64,000 nucleotides of DNA from an uncultured Bacteroides sp. (GTDB taxonomy: Bacteria > Bacteroidota > Bacteroidia > Bacteroidales > Bacteroidaceae): assembly GCA_902491215.1 (NCBI GenBank), contig CABUGV010000002.1, positions 95,206 to 159,205 of the forward strand. The letters are read 5' to 3'. Positions within the stretch are counted from its first letter, which is position 1; every line of letters starts with the position of its first letter. Positions 31,232 to 42,498 of this stretch are shown here, one piece after another. The notes under the pieces are model-generated. The model had not been told where the DNA came from. It was given only the letters and a program-made list of their open reading frames with translations, and ran no database searches. A program made the position numbers and the translations under genes.

Positions 31232-32797
31232 ATGAGCAAACAGGCAGAAAGAATAAAGGAACTTCTCGAACTTCGCGAGAAGGCACGCCTCGGAGGCGGT
31301 GAAAAGGCTATCGACAAACAGCACGCCAAAGGAAAATTTACAGCAAGAGAAAGACTTAGCATGCTTCTCGATGAAGGAAGTTTTGAAGAGTTCGACATGT
31401 TCAAACTCCACAGATGTACAAACTTCGGCATGGAGAAGAAGCAGTATCTCGGCGATGGTGTGGTAGCCGGAAGCGGAACCATCAACGGACGACTCGTATA
31501 CGTGTTCGCACAGGATTTCACTGTGAACGGAGGATCATTGTCTGAAACAATGGCCGAGAAGATATGCAAGGTTATGGATATGGCCATGAAGATGGGTGCA
31601 CCTGTTATCGGCATCAACGACTCTGGTGGCGCACGTATTCAGGAAGGTATCAACGCACTCGGAGGTTTCGCAGAAATATTCCAGCGCAACATACTCGCAT
31701 CTGGAGTCATTCCGCAGATTTCAGGAATCTTCGGTCCTTGTGCCGGAGGAGCTGTATACTCTCCTGCCCTCACCGACTTTACGCTCATGATGGAAAACAC
31801 ATCATACATGTTCCTCACAGGACCTGCCGTTGTAAAGACTGTAACAGGTGAAGACGTAGACCAGGAAAGCCTCGGAGGCGCAAGCGTTCATTCAACAAAA
31901 TCGGGAGTTACACATTTCACTGCAAGCACAGAAGAAGAAGCTATCGCAATGATACAGCAGCTTCTGAGCTATATTCCTCAGAACAATATGGAGGAGACAC
32001 CTCTCGTTGAATGTACAGACCCGGTTGACAGAACAGAGGACATCCTCAACGAAATAATACCAGACAATCCAAATCAGGCATACGATATGTACAAGGTAAT
32101 CGCCGCAATAACAGACAACGGCGAATTCTTCGAAGTACAGCCTAGATTTGCACAGAACATCATCATCGGATTTGCAAGATTCAACGGAAGAAGTGTCGGA
32201 ATCGTAGCCAACCAGCCTTCAAAGTTTGCAGGTGTGCTCGACTGCAATGCCAGCCGCAAGGCAGCGCGTTTCGTAAGATTCTGCGATGCATTCAATATTC
32301 CAATCGTATCTCTCGTTGACGTTCCTGGATTCTTGCCTGGTACAGGACAGGAATACAACGCGGTAATCCTTCACGGAGCAAAACTTCTCTATGCTTACGG
32401 AGAAGCAACAGTGCCAAAGGTAACTATCACACTGAGAAAGTCATACGGAGGTTCTCACATCGTTATGAGCTGCAAACAGCTTAGAGGCGACATCAACTAC
32501 GCATGGCCTTCAGCAGAAATCGCAGTAATGGGTGCTGCAGGTGCCGTAGCTGTGCTTTACACAAAAGAAGCAAAGGAGAAGAAGGCTGCCGGCGAAGACG
32601 CCAAGGCATTCCTCGCAGAAAAAGAGGAAGAATACACAAAGCTCTTTGCAAACCCTTACAATGCCGCAAAATACGGCTATATCGACGATGTGATCGAACC
32701 GCGCAACACACGTTTCCGCATAATCCGCGCACTTGAACAGCTTGCAACAAAATCTGTTACAAACCCAACAAAGAAGCACGGAAATATTCCATTGTAA
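31232..32797 (+). CDS. Methylmalonyl-CoA decarboxylase alpha subunit (acyl-CoA carboxyltransferase)
   Basis: 521 aa with both carboxyltransferase N- and C-domains ([18 protein letters not shown]). Confidence 0.9.
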   Translation: MSKQAERIKELLELREKARLGGGEKAIDKQHAKGKFTARERLSMLLDEGSFEEFDMFKLHRCTNFGMEKKQYLGDGVVAGSGTINGRLVYVFAQDFTVNGGSLSETMAEKICKVMDMAMKMGAPVIGINDSGGARIQEGINALGGFAEIFQRNILASGVIPQISGIFGPCAGGAVYSPALTDFTLMMENTSYMFLTGPAVVKTVTGEDVDQESLGGASVHSTKSGVTHFTASTEEEAIAMIQQLLSYIPQNNMEETPLVECTDPVDRTEDILNEIIPDNPNQAYDMYKVIAAITDNGEFFEVQPRFAQNIIIGFARFNGRSVGIVANQPSKFAGVLDCNASRKAARFVRFCDAFNIPIVSLVDVPGFLPGTGQEYNAVILHGAKLLYAYGEATVPKVTITLRKSYGGSHIVMSCKQLRGDINYAWPSAEIAVMGAAGAVAVLYTKEAKEKKAAGEDAKAFLAEKEEEYTKLFANPYNAAKYGYIDDVIEPRNTRFRIIRALEQLATKSVTNPTKKHGNIPL

Positions 32798-32813
32798 AAT
32801 AATCGATCACAAC

Positions 32814-33788
32814 ATGAAACTTAGGATATTAAGTTTAGCAACACTCCTGTTCGCCACGGCAACCTCATTCGCACAGGGAGCATTCAGCTTCAAGATCAAT
32901 GAAGTGTACATTGCTTCACCGTGCGACTCGACCGGAGGTTACCTTGACGAATACGGAGAGAAGCACAGTTGGATAGAAATATCCAATACATCTTGGGGTA
33001 CGCGCGACATACGCAGCTACTATCTGACAAACAACAGAAATGCTCTTGACGAAAACCTGGAAGTACCGCAAAGAATCGAAATGATGTCGGTAATCCACAA
33101 AGGTGATCCGCGCACTGTCGTTGGAGCAAGACAGCAGATTACGTTCTTTGCAGACGGTATGACCAATCGCGGTACACTGCACACCAACTTCAAGCTCGAA
33201 GCCGGAAAAGAGAACTTCATTGCGCTCTACGATGGAAACGGAAAGACTCTGCTCGACTCTGTTACCGTACCGGCATCGCTCAAGCCCGGATATTCGTACG
33301 CAAGAGTTTACAACGGCGAAAACGACAGCTACGAGTGGGTCATGACCGATCCTCAGCAGATAACCCCGAACGGCCCCAACAAGATTGACGGAAAAACAGA
33401 AGACAAGATTGCAGAATTCAAGCAGAATGACCCGTACGGAATAGCTATGGCAATAATAGCCATGGCAATTGTCTTCGTCTGCCTGGCACTGCTCTACGTG
33501 TTCTTCAGATTCTTCGGATGGGCTATTACACGTACGACAAAGCTTGAACGCGTGAAAGCCATCAGAAAGATACATGAACAAGCTAGCAAAGTTACAGTTA
33601 TGGCAAAACAAGGAACTGAAACCCAAGGTATCGAATATGACAACTATGTGGCTGCCATTTCGCTTGCACTGCACGAATACATGGGCAACACACACGATAT
33701 CGAAAGCGGCGTGATAACAATCAAGCGCCACGACAGTGCATGGAACTCAAAATCTAGAATGATGAGATCCGTACCTGGAACAAAATAA
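32814..33788 (+). CDS. Lamin-tail-domain protein fused to an OadG-like membrane anchor (decarboxylase gamma/delta-type subunit)
   Basis: Signal peptide, LTD-like beta-sandwich pattern (KINEVYI…WIEISNTS…ALYDGNGKTLLDSVTV), then a TM helix (MAIIAMAIVFVCLALLYVFFRFF). The true ATG is at 32814; the track's extension comes from a non-ATG start. Confidence 0.65.
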   Translation: MKLRILSLATLLFATATSFAQGAFSFKINEVYIASPCDSTGGYLDEYGEKHSWIEISNTSWGTRDIRSYYLTNNRNALDENLEVPQRIEMMSVIHKGDPRTVVGARQQITFFADGMTNRGTLHTNFKLEAGKENFIALYDGNGKTLLDSVTVPASLKPGYSYARVYNGENDSYEWVMTDPQQITPNGPNKIDGKTEDKIAEFKQNDPYGIAMAIIAMAIVFVCLALLYVFFRFFGWAITRTTKLERVKAIRKIHEQASKVTVMAKQGTETQGIEYDNYVAAISLALHEYMGNTHDIESGVITIKRHDSAWNSKSRMMRSVPGTK

Positions 33789-33812
33789 CCAAATCAAATC
33801 AGAACATTTAAT

Positions 33813-34244
33813 ATGAAAGAGTATAAGTATAAGATCAAAGGTGTCGACTATGATGTAAAAATCAACGACATTGAAGAGAATATTGCCAAAGTTGAAGTTA
33901 ACGGCATAGAATTTGAAGTAGAACTCGAAAAGCCAATCGCAGCACCGAAACCGGTGATTCGTCCGGTTGTTGCTCCTGTAAAGACAATTGATGCACCAAA
34001 GCCTGCAGAAACAGCTAAAACTCCAGCAGGAACATACGCTGTCAAAGCTCCTCTCCCTGGAACTATAGTTGAAATAAAGGTAGCTGTAGGAGCAACTGTC
34101 AAGAGAGGTGATACTGTCGTAATTCTCGAGGCAATGAAGATGGAAAACAACATTGATGCCGAAAGAGAAGGAAAAGTTGTCGCTATTAATGTAAACAAGG
34201 GAGACACTGTAATGGAAGGTACAGTACTTCTTACAATTGAATAA
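33813..34244 (+). CDS. Biotin carboxyl carrier protein of methylmalonyl-CoA decarboxylase
   Basis: Biotinyl-lysine motif EAMKMEN and an Ala/Pro-rich linker. Confidence 0.9.
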   Translation: MKEYKYKIKGVDYDVKINDIEENIAKVEVNGIEFEVELEKPIAAPKPVIRPVVAPVKTIDAPKPAETAKTPAGTYAVKAPLPGTIVEIKVAVGATVKRGDTVVILEAMKMENNIDAEREGKVVAINVNKGDTVMEGTVLLTIE

Positions 34245-34247
34245 TCT

Positions 34248-35414
34248 ATGTTGGAAAGTACCAGTATTTTAGATTTCATAGCAACGAAGTTCACAGACTT
34301 TCTGTCATATACAAGTTTTGCCAATTTCGAAATAGGCAATTTCTTCATGATTCTTGTCGGACTGTTTTTCATCTGGCTTGCAATAAAGAAAGACTTTGAA
34401 CCTCTATTGCTTATACCGATTGGTTTAGGCATAATGCTGGGCAACATACCGTTCAAGGCTGCAGGACTCGAAATAGGATTGTATGAGGACAACTCTGTGC
34501 TCAATATATTCTATCAGGGTGTAAAGGCCGGATGGTATCCGCCGCTGGTGTTCCTCGGTATCGGCGCAATGACAGACTTCTCTGCCCTTATCGCCAATCC
34601 GAAGCTGATGCTCATCGGAGCAGCCGCACAGTTCGGTATATTCGGTGCCTACATCATTGCTCTTGCACTCGGATTTGAACCGAACCAGGCAGCCGGAATC
34701 GCCATTATCGGCGGTGCAGACGGCCCAACAGCCATCTTCCTGTCATCAAAACTGTCGCCGAACCTCATGGGAGCAATTGCAGTATGTGCATACTCCTACA
34801 TGGCGCTCGTGCCTGTCATCCAGCCTCCTATCATGAGAGCCTTGACTACAAAGAAAGAAAGACTCATAAAGATGAAGCCTAGCAGACAGGTAAGCAAAAC
34901 AGAAAAGATACTCTTCCCTATCGTAGGACTTCTGATTACAACATTCATAGTACCGTCTGGACTCCCGCTTCTCGGTATGTTGTTCTTCGGAAACCTGCTC
35001 AAGGAAAGTACAAAGACAGCAAGACTTGCAAAAACAGCTGGATCGGCATTGAACGACATCGTTGTCATACTGCTCGGTTTGACAGTAGGATGCTCTACAC
35101 AAGCGAGCGAATTCCTGACAACAAACACTATCTACATATTCTTCCTCGGTGCCTTGGCATTCATCATTGCTACAGTATCAGGAGTATGTTTCGTGAAGTT
35201 GTTCAACCTTGTTCTTCCTAAAAACAAGAAGATCAATCCGCTTATCGGAAACGCCGGAGTATCAGCAGTTCCAATGTCTGCACGTATCTCCAACAACCTC
35301 GGTCTCGAATACGACTCACACAACTACCTCCTCATGCACGCCATGGGACCAAATGTAGCAGGTGTTATCGGTTCAGCCGTAGCAGCCGGAGTACTCCTCG
35401 GTTTCTTCAGTTGA
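34248..35414 (+). CDS. Sodium ion-translocating decarboxylase beta subunit
   Basis: 388-aa polytopic membrane protein of the OadB/MmdB family; last gene of the operon. Confidence 0.85.
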   Translation: MLESTSILDFIATKFTDFLSYTSFANFEIGNFFMILVGLFFIWLAIKKDFEPLLLIPIGLGIMLGNIPFKAAGLEIGLYEDNSVLNIFYQGVKAGWYPPLVFLGIGAMTDFSALIANPKLMLIGAAAQFGIFGAYIIALALGFEPNQAAGIAIIGGADGPTAIFLSSKLSPNLMGAIAVCAYSYMALVPVIQPPIMRALTTKKERLIKMKPSRQVSKTEKILFPIVGLLITTFIVPSGLPLLGMLFFGNLLKESTKTARLAKTAGSALNDIVVILLGLTVGCSTQASEFLTTNTIYIFFLGALAFIIATVSGVCFVKLFNLVLPKNKKINPLIGNAGVSAVPMSARISNNLGLEYDSHNYLLMHAMGPNVAGVIGSAVAAGVLLGFFS

Positions 35415-35440
35415 AAATAGAATTGGTCAACGCATTATAT

Positions 35441-35480
35441 AAAGCTGAAATCCGCATCAAATTACGGATTTCAGCTTTTT
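35441..35480 (+). terminator. Rho-independent terminator of the mmd operon
   Basis: aaagctgaaatccg / catcaaatta / cggatttcagcttt followed by a TT-rich tail. Confidence 0.8.
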
Positions 35481-35613
35481 ACATTTAAACAGCTGTGCTT
35501 CTGAAAGGAAATTAAATTGAAAAAGAATCATGCTTCAATAAACAAGAACAGAATAACATAAACTACTTAATAAAAAAAGATGATGCCCCAATCTGGAACA
35601 TCATCTTTTCATG

Positions 35614-35686
35614 AGCCGAATGCGGGACTCGAACCCGCGACCTATTCATTACGAATGAATTGCTCTACCAGCTGAGCCAATTCGGC
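35614..35686 (-). tRNA. tRNA-Thr (anticodon CGU)
   Basis: Cloverleaf read as: GCCGAAT acceptor stem, GCTC-AGCTGGTA-GAGC D-arm, ATTCA-TTCGTAA-TGAAT anticodon arm (CGT), GCGGG-TTCGAGT-CCCGC T-arm. 73 nt, no encoded CCA. Confidence 0.85.
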
Positions 35687-35829
35687 TTAAATATACCTGC
35701 CTTCATTTTCAAAAGGCGGTGCAAATATAGGGAAAAATATATATTAAATGGACCTCATTGGGAAATGTTTTTATATTTTTGCATAAATAATTTTCTCATA
35801 CGTTGACTTCTGTCAATGGTTGAAAATAT

Positions 35830-36783
35830 GTGATGCATTTTAAAACTAAAGGGACTCACACACCTACGGACATGGTTTCAAGAAGAAAAAAGAACAACAG
35901 ATCAAAATTGTATATTTCGGCAATAGTATGCATTATTGCACTTTTAACAGCCGGCAAATCAGGATACATTAATCGTTTGCATGAAATATTAAAAACTGAA
36001 ACGGCTGTAGCCAATACAGAACAAACAGACAGAAAGGCATACCCCGAAGGCTACGAAACCACATCCACAAAAGAGCAATCTCCAATATCAGGAATGGAAA
36101 TGCCGGCGCCTATTTCAAATAAGCCGGAAATAATACTTAAACGCACAGCCTACACTGTTTCATACAATATTGAAACCAAGTGTCCGAACTACGTGGCTTG
36201 GAGTCTATATCCTGAAAGACTTCAGGGAGATGTCAAAAGAACAAACAATTTTACTCCAGACGAAGAGATTGATGAAGCATACAGAATTGAGACTGGAGAC
36301 TACAGACGCAGCGGTTACGACAGAGGTCACATGTGTCCAGCCGGAGATAATACATTCAGTGAAAAAGCAATGGAAGAATCTTTCCTGATGACAAATATAT
36401 GCCCACAAGGACATAATCTGAATGCAGGCGACTGGAACCAACTTGAAGAATTCTGTCGTGAACTAGGTATGCACCAGACAGTATACATTGCCTGCGGTCC
36501 GATATATGACAGCAAGTCACCGAAAAGAATAGGCAACAGAAAGAAACTGAAGATTTCTGTTCCAGACCGTTTCTTCAAAGTATTGCTTATACTCGACGAC
36601 TCACCGAAAGCTATTGGATTCATAATGCCTAATGACGATACAGACAAACCTCTGGCCGACTATGCTGTCAGCGTAGACTCAGTAGAAAAAGCAACAGGCA
36701 TCGATTTCTTTACAGGATTGGATGACAAGACCGAAAGACATGTAGAATCACAGTGCTCGCCCGAGCAATTCGGACTAAACTGA
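35830..36783 (+). CDS. DNA/RNA non-specific endonuclease (Serratia NucA family)
   Basis: DRGH active-site motif (YDRGHMCPAGDN) and an N-terminal membrane anchor. The start could instead be the Met at 35872. Confidence 0.8.
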   Translation: MMHFKTKGTHTPTDMVSRRKKNNRSKLYISAIVCIIALLTAGKSGYINRLHEILKTETAVANTEQTDRKAYPEGYETTSTKEQSPISGMEMPAPISNKPEIILKRTAYTVSYNIETKCPNYVAWSLYPERLQGDVKRTNNFTPDEEIDEAYRIETGDYRRSGYDRGHMCPAGDNTFSEKAMEESFLMTNICPQGHNLNAGDWNQLEEFCRELGMHQTVYIACGPIYDSKSPKRIGNRKKLKISVPDRFFKVLLILDDSPKAIGFIMPNDDTDKPLADYAVSVDSVEKATGIDFFTGLDDKTERHVESQCSPEQFGLN

Positions 36784-36825
36784 ATTAACATTCCAACGAA
36801 AACATCATCAAAAACAATATAGCTC

Positions 36826-37599
36826 ATGAAACAACTCAAAGACATGACAGTTGCAGAAGCTTCACATCCGCACCCACGGTATGTACTTCTCAAACTGACC
36901 GACAGCACTCCCCTGCCCGACATCACACCCGGACAGTTTGTTCAGGTAAAAGTTGAAGGAAGCCCATCAACTTTTCTGCGCCGTCCAATATCAATAAACT
37001 ATGTGGACAAAGAAAAGAATCAGATCTGGCTCCTCATTCAGACTGTTGGCGAAGGAACCAAGAAACTTGCAGAACTGAAGGAAGGAGACAAGCTCAACAT
37101 ACTCTTCCCTCTGGGCAACGGTTTCTCACCGATAAAAGCAAACGGTGAGCGTGTACTTCTCGTCGGAGGAGGCGTCGGAGTAGCTCCACTTCTCGATTAT
37201 GGACGTTATCTTAAGGAAAACGGCGCCGTGCCAGTATTCCTTCTGGGTGCACGTTCGAAGAACGATCTTCTCGAGCTAGATCTGTTCAAGAGCATCGGCG
37301 ATCTCCACATCACAACCGAAGACGGAAGCGAAGGCGAAAAGGGATTTGTTACACAACACTCTATACTGACAAACACCCACTTCGACCGCATATCTACTTG
37401 CGGACCAAAACCTATGATGGTGGCAGTTGCAAAATTTGCAAAAGCCAACAACATTCCATGCGAAGTATCGCTTGAGAACATGATGGCATGCGGACTCGGT
37501 GCATGCCTCTGCTGCGTAGAAAAAACAGTCAAGGGCAACGTTTGCGTCTGCAAGGAAGGCCCAGTATTCAACATAGAAGATTTAACATGGCAGATTTAA
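36826..37599 (+). CDS. pyrK: Dihydroorotate dehydrogenase electron-transfer subunit
   Basis: FAD/NAD-binding fold and a C-terminal 2Fe-2S cysteine cluster ([10 protein letters not shown]). Confidence 0.9.
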   Translation: MKQLKDMTVAEASHPHPRYVLLKLTDSTPLPDITPGQFVQVKVEGSPSTFLRRPISINYVDKEKNQIWLLIQTVGEGTKKLAELKEGDKLNILFPLGNGFSPIKANGERVLLVGGGVGVAPLLDYGRYLKENGAVPVFLLGARSKNDLLELDLFKSIGDLHITTEDGSEGEKGFVTQHSILTNTHFDRISTCGPKPMMVAVAKFAKANNIPCEVSLENMMACGLGACLCCVEKTVKGNVCVCKEGPVFNIEDLTWQI

Positions 37600-38498
37600 G
37601 AACAGATATAGCCGGACTCAAGATGAAGAATCCGGTCATGACAGCCTCCGGCACATTCGGCTACGGCTTGGAATTTTCAGATATCATAGACATTGAGCGT
37701 ATCGGTGGAATCATCGTCAAGGGAACTACCCTCAATCCGCGCGAAGGCAACGACTATCCACGCATGGCAGAAACAGCCAGCGGCATGCTCAATTGCGTAG
37801 GTTTGCAGAACAAAGGTGTAGACTATTTCTGCAGCACTATATATCCTAAGATAAAGGACATCGCCACAAACATGATTGTCAATGTGTCAGGATCATGCCC
37901 TGAGGACTACGCAGAATGCGCTGCACGCATAAACGAGCTTGAAAACATACCGGCCATAGAGCTCAACATCAGCTGTCCGAATGTAAAGCAAGGCGGAATG
38001 GCATTCGGTGTTACAACAGAAGGAGCATCCAGTGTCGTAAAAGCAGTTCGCAAGGCCTACAACAAGACACTCATTGTAAAGCTCTCTCCAAACGTAACCA
38101 GCATCGCAGACATTGCACGCAGCGTCGAAGATGCAGGAGCCGACTCAGTATCGCTCATCAACACATTGATGGGTATGGCCATAGATATCGAGAAAAGACG
38201 TCCGGTCCTTTCCATCGCCACAGGAGGTCTCAGCGGCCCAGCAGTCAAGCCAGTAGCAGTAAGATGCGTATGGCAAGTAGCAAAGGCTGTAAAAATCCCT
38301 GTAATCGGTCTTGGTGGAATAATGAATGCTTCCGATGCCATCGAATTCATGCTTGCAGGAGCATCGGCCATACAAATCGGTACTGCCAATTTCATCGACC
38401 CAGCAGTAACAATCAAAACCATTGACGGCATAAACGAATGGCTTGACAAGCACGGATGTGCTTCGGCCAAAGAAATCGTAGGTCAGCTCAACAGCTGA
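37587..38498 (+). CDS. pyrD: Dihydroorotate dehydrogenase catalytic subunit (class 1B)
   Basis: [28 protein letters not shown]-terminus. It overlaps the pyrK stop by 13 nt. The track's extension comes from an upstream non-ATG start. Confidence 0.9.
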   Translation: MADLRTDIAGLKMKNPVMTASGTFGYGLEFSDIIDIERIGGIIVKGTTLNPREGNDYPRMAETASGMLNCVGLQNKGVDYFCSTIYPKIKDIATNMIVNVSGSCPEDYAECAARINELENIPAIELNISCPNVKQGGMAFGVTTEGASSVVKAVRKAYNKTLIVKLSPNVTSIADIARSVEDAGADSVSLINTLMGMAIDIEKRRPVLSIATGGLSGPAVKPVAVRCVWQVAKAVKIPVIGLGGIMNASDAIEFMLAGASAIQIGTANFIDPAVTIKTIDGINEWLDKHGCASAKEIVGQLNS

Positions 38499-38540
38499 TA
38501 CAAAAGATACACGTCAACGACATCAGAATATTTACTGATA

Positions 38541-38602
38541 AAAAAGGAAGCCAAAGTCACAGAAGAACAAGTTTTATTTAGTGGCTTTGGCTTCCTTTTT
38601 AA
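38541..38602. terminator. Bidirectional rho-independent terminator
   Basis: aaaaaggaagccaaagtcac … gtggctttggcttccttttt gives a 16-bp stem with one mismatch, flanked by an A-run and a T-run. Confidence 0.75.
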
Positions 38603-38604
38603 AT

Positions 38605-39774
38605 TCATTCACCTACCAAATATTTTTCAGAAATAGAAGCTCCGTCAGAGAATCTTACAACTCTAATATGCAATCCGTTCAAAGGCTTTGTCACTTTTCT
38701 TCCAGACAGATCATAATAATCTACTCTGGATATTTCTTTTCCATTGTAATTATCTGAGATTTCTGAAATTCCAGTTGTGTTTTTGTGGACTTCAACATTC
38801 CTGAATGAATTTACATACCACCATTCATCACTATCATTTTCAAAAGATTTCAAATTAACCATACTGAAACTGTTTGGAAGCATATATGAACCGGAACTTT
38901 CATCATAAAACAGGTTTACACCTCCCAAATTGCCGTTGCTGTCAAGCGTGGTCAAAAAGATATCATCGTATACAATATTGTTATATACAGATATAAAACT
39001 ATCTGAAACGATGCCGTATCCCCATGCTTCAGGATACGCAGGATCAATGCCTTTAATAAGACTGTTGTATCCATCTTCGATAACTTCTATTTCACCGGCA
39101 ACATCATTACCTTCGCCGTCAATGCACTGCATGCTGTATTTTTCAGAAGCAGGAAAAGCATTTTCAGAGAATAAGGAAAATGAATATCCAAATGTATAAA
39201 TACCGCTGACAGAACTTCCTTCAACAAACAAGCCCAAAGTATAATCCGAAGAAATCTTGCCACTTGTTTTATCGTATAAAAATACTATAGGCTCTTCAAT
39301 CACAGTAAGTTTTTCAGGATCTATATTCCGCAAGAAAAACTTACAACCGTTGTATTCGCCAACATAGGCATTGTTATCTACGGTGATTTTGGTTTCATCT
39401 TCATTCAATGATCCCTTAAAATACGTTTCGCCCAACAAACTGCGGGCAAACATATTCTGTATATATACAATATCGGATTCTGCAAAAACGACATTGGTGG
39501 AATAATGTATTCTCCCACCGAGAAATCCCAATCCGCGCAGATACTCTGCATAATCGGCATAGTATACCTTGACATCACCTTTGGGAACATTTACTCTATA
39601 AGAATTCTCAGAACAAGTTGATTTTCGTTCAGGCAAAGATTCTATAAAATCAACTTCATTAAAGACCCGTCTTATAGGTCTCTTTCGATAATCATCTGCT
39701 CCATCCGCATCTATATGCTGTGCAGATACAGTACTTGCAAACAATGCAAATACGAAAAACAATAATTTTTTCAT
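38605..39774 (-). CDS. Secreted protein with a T9SS C-terminal sorting domain
   Basis: Signal peptide MKKLLFFVFALFASTVSAQ, with the true ATG at about 39774. The C-terminus (…YYDLSGRKVTKPLNGLHIRVVRFSDGASISEKYLVGE) resembles a Por/T9SS CTD. Confidence 0.6.
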   Translation of the reverse strand: MKKLLFFVFALFASTVSAQHIDADGADDYRKRPIRRVFNEVDFIESLPERKSTCSENSYRVNVPKGDVKVYYADYAEYLRGLGFLGGRIHYSTNVVFAESDIVYIQNMFARSLLGETYFKGSLNEDETKITVDNNAYVGEYNGCKFFLRNIDPEKLTVIEEPIVFLYDKTSGKISSDYTLGLFVEGSSVSGIYTFGYSFSLFSENAFPASEKYSMQCIDGEGNDVAGEIEVIEDGYNSLIKGIDPAYPEAWGYGIVSDSFISVYNNIVYDDIFLTTLDSNGNLGGVNLFYDESSGSYMLPNSFSMVNLKSFENDSDEWWYVNSFRNVEVHKNTTGISEISDNYNGKEISRVDYYDLSGRKVTKPLNGLHIRVVRFSDGASISEKYLVGE

Positions 39775-40100
39775 AATCAGGTTTAATAGGTATAATATAA
39801 AAACAAATCCAGCAACAGCAAAATAAGTGTTTTCTTCGACATTTTTCAATAGTATTCCAACAAAAACAGCTTTAAAATACTGCATTTTACAACATGAATA
39901 TACATTTTCATACACGCAGAGACAAATATATCTATCCCAAAGACACCTTTCCCAATGTCGCAAACAATAGAAACCTTTGCATTCTTAAGCAAGACGAAAA
40001 TGCCCAATGTCGATTTTTTCGCATATTACACCTTTAAAGTCCTATAAAAAAAAGTTTTGGTGAAATAGCTTTGCATCTGTAATAATAAAAATGAATATAT

Positions 40101-40484
40101 ATGAAAACTGAAGGATACAAGACCAAACAGTACGGCGTTCCTGTAAAAAGATATTGCCAGACACTCAGTCTCAAAGACACTCCAGAACTGATAAAAGAAT
40201 ACAGAAGACTGCATAGCGAAGAATATTCGTGGCCTGTAATAAGAGAAGGCATCAGGTCTGTAGGCATACTCGAAATGGAAATCTACCTGCAGGGCAACAA
40301 ACTTTTCATGATAGTTGAAACTCCTCTGGATTTCGATTGGGACGAAGCTATGGCAAAACTGGCAACACTGCCAAAACAGAAAGAATGGGAAGAGACTGTT
40401 GACAGATTCCAGGAATGCGCTCCAGGATGCACATCAAAGGAAAAATGGACTATGATGGAAAGAATATTCCATCTATACGAATAA
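40101..40484 (+). CDS. RhaM-type (DUF718) sugar mutarotase
   Basis: 127 aa. The L-rhamnose mutarotase family pattern (…EYRRLHSEEYSWPVIRE…IYLQGNKLFMIVE…) is present. Confidence 0.65.
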   Translation: MKTEGYKTKQYGVPVKRYCQTLSLKDTPELIKEYRRLHSEEYSWPVIREGIRSVGILEMEIYLQGNKLFMIVETPLDFDWDEAMAKLATLPKQKEWEETVDRFQECAPGCTSKEKWTMMERIFHLYE

Positions 40485-40554
40485 ATATCCCTGAACCACA
40501 TTATACTACATAGAGAAAAACACTTTTACAAACACCTATAAATAGAAAAACATT

Positions 40555-41487
40555 ATGAAATACAACGAGTGCGGGAAGACCGGTATGAAATTGTCTGCTT
40601 TAGGATTCGGAGCATCATCACTTGGAGGAGTATTCCACTCAGTAAAAGAATCCGAAGCTATAGAAGCCGTTTTCACTGCTGTCGAAAATGGAATAAATTT
40701 CATAGATGTATCGCCATACTACGGTTACTACAAGGCTGAGACTGTTTTGGGCAAAGCTTTGAAGGAGTTGCCTCGCGAATCATATATTCTTTCAACAAAA
40801 GTCGGCCGATACGGCGAAAACGGGAAAAACACATGGGACTATTCTGGAGAAAGGGCGCAAAAGAGCGTATACGAAAGTATGGAGCGCCTCAACGTAGACC
40901 AGATAGATCTGATAAACGTGCATGACATAGAATTTGCCGACCTACATCAGGTTGCAGAAGAAACTCTTCCTGCACTTGTAGAGCTCAAGGAGAAAGGCAT
41001 AGTGAAGCATGTAGGCATCACCGACCTGCAGATTGAGAATCTGAAATGGGTCATCGACCACACACCTGAAGGAACTGTTGAAACCATTCTGAATTTCTGC
41101 CACTACTCGCTCAACGATGACAAGCTGGGCGATTATCTCGACTATTTCGAAAGCAAGGGCGTAGGTGTAATCAATGCTTCACCGCTCTCCATGGGCCTCC
41201 TGTCACAGAGGGGAATTCCAGAATGGCATCCGGCACCAAAGAAACTTGTTGAAGCATGCAAGAGGGCATCCGAAAACAGTCTGCAGCAGGGCTACCCTAT
41301 TGAAAAACTGGCTGTGCAGTTTGCTGTAAGCAACGGCAGAATTGCCAGCACTCTGTTCAGTTCTGCAAATCCGGCAAACGTAGCCAAGAACATCAAATAT
41401 GTAGAAGAACCCATCGACTGGGATTTGGTCAATAAAGTAAAGGAGATTATCGGCGACCAGCTCAGAGTAACATGGGCCAACACATAA
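40555..41487 (+). CDS. Aldo/keto reductase
   Basis: AKR signatures (GFGASSLGG, …STKVGR…) and a (beta/alpha)8 fold; 310 aa. Confidence 0.85.
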   Translation: MKYNECGKTGMKLSALGFGASSLGGVFHSVKESEAIEAVFTAVENGINFIDVSPYYGYYKAETVLGKALKELPRESYILSTKVGRYGENGKNTWDYSGERAQKSVYESMERLNVDQIDLINVHDIEFADLHQVAEETLPALVELKEKGIVKHVGITDLQIENLKWVIDHTPEGTVETILNFCHYSLNDDKLGDYLDYFESKGVGVINASPLSMGLLSQRGIPEWHPAPKKLVEACKRASENSLQQGYPIEKLAVQFAVSNGRIASTLFSSANPANVAKNIKYVEEPIDWDLVNKVKEIIGDQLRVTWANT

Positions 41488-41514
41488 TCCTTGACATAAA
41501 AATCAAAGCACACC

Positions 41515-42438
41515 ATGAAATACAAAATAATTGATGCTCACTCGCATCTCTGGCTCAAACAGGATACCGTTGTGGACAACAAGCCTATACGCACACTCAA
41601 CAACGGGCGTTCACTGTTCATGGGCGAAGTGCGGCAGATGCTTCCTCCTTTCATGATTGACGGGCGCAACAGCGCTGAAGTTTTTCTGTCCAACATGGAC
41701 TATGCACAGGTCGGCGCAGCCGTCGTAACGCAGGAATACATTGACGGCATACAGAATGACTATCTGCTGGAAGTCAAGCAAAAATATCCTGACAGATTTT
41801 TCGTCTGCGGGATGTGCGAATTCCGCAAACCGGGGTTTCTGAAAGAAGCTGAAGAACTGGAGTCGAAAGGATTCAAGGCAATAAAGATTCCTGGCCACAG
41901 ACTTCAGACAGAAAACGGCAGAGTGCTCCTAAACAGCGATGAAATGATGGCCATGTTCCGATTCATGGAAAAGAGGGGTTTGATACTCTCCATAGACATG
42001 GCCGAAGGCACAACGCAGGTAGGCGAAATGAAAGAAGTAATTCAGGAATGCCCGCAACTGAAAATTGCTATAGGCCATTTCGGCATGGTCACCGTCCCAG
42101 GATGGCACGAACAGATAAAGCTTGCCGAAAACAAGAATGTCTACATCGAGTCGGGAGGCATAACGTGGCTGTTCAACTCCGAGTTCTATCCTTTCGCCGG
42201 TGCAGTCAGAGCCATAAAGGAGGCTGCCGACATGGTAGGAATGGAGAAACTCATGTGGGGTTCAGACTACCCGCGGACAATTACAGCCATCACATACAAG
42301 ATGTCCCACGACTTCGTGATAAAATCCGATATGCTGAGCGAAAGCGAGAAACGCATGTTTTTGGGAGAAAATGCAGAAAAATTCTACGGATTCACCAATC
42401 TGCCCGATCTCCCTTACATCAAGAACATGTCTGAATAA
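41515..42438 (+). CDS. Amidohydrolase-2 family metal-dependent hydrolase (sugar-lactonase-like)
   Basis: N-terminal HxH (IDAHSHLW) and C-terminal WGSDYP motifs typical of PF04909. Confidence 0.8.
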   Translation: MKYKIIDAHSHLWLKQDTVVDNKPIRTLNNGRSLFMGEVRQMLPPFMIDGRNSAEVFLSNMDYAQVGAAVVTQEYIDGIQNDYLLEVKQKYPDRFFVCGMCEFRKPGFLKEAEELESKGFKAIKIPGHRLQTENGRVLLNSDEMMAMFRFMEKRGLILSIDMAEGTTQVGEMKEVIQECPQLKIAIGHFGMVTVPGWHEQIKLAENKNVYIESGGITWLFNSEFYPFAGAVRAIKEAADMVGMEKLMWGSDYPRTITAITYKMSHDFVIKSDMLSESEKRMFLGENAEKFYGFTNLPDLPYIKNMSE

Positions 42439-42498
42439 ATCCGGCCTCCATATCAATATTCAAAGTAAAACAACACACACATTCTTAAAAGAAAATAT

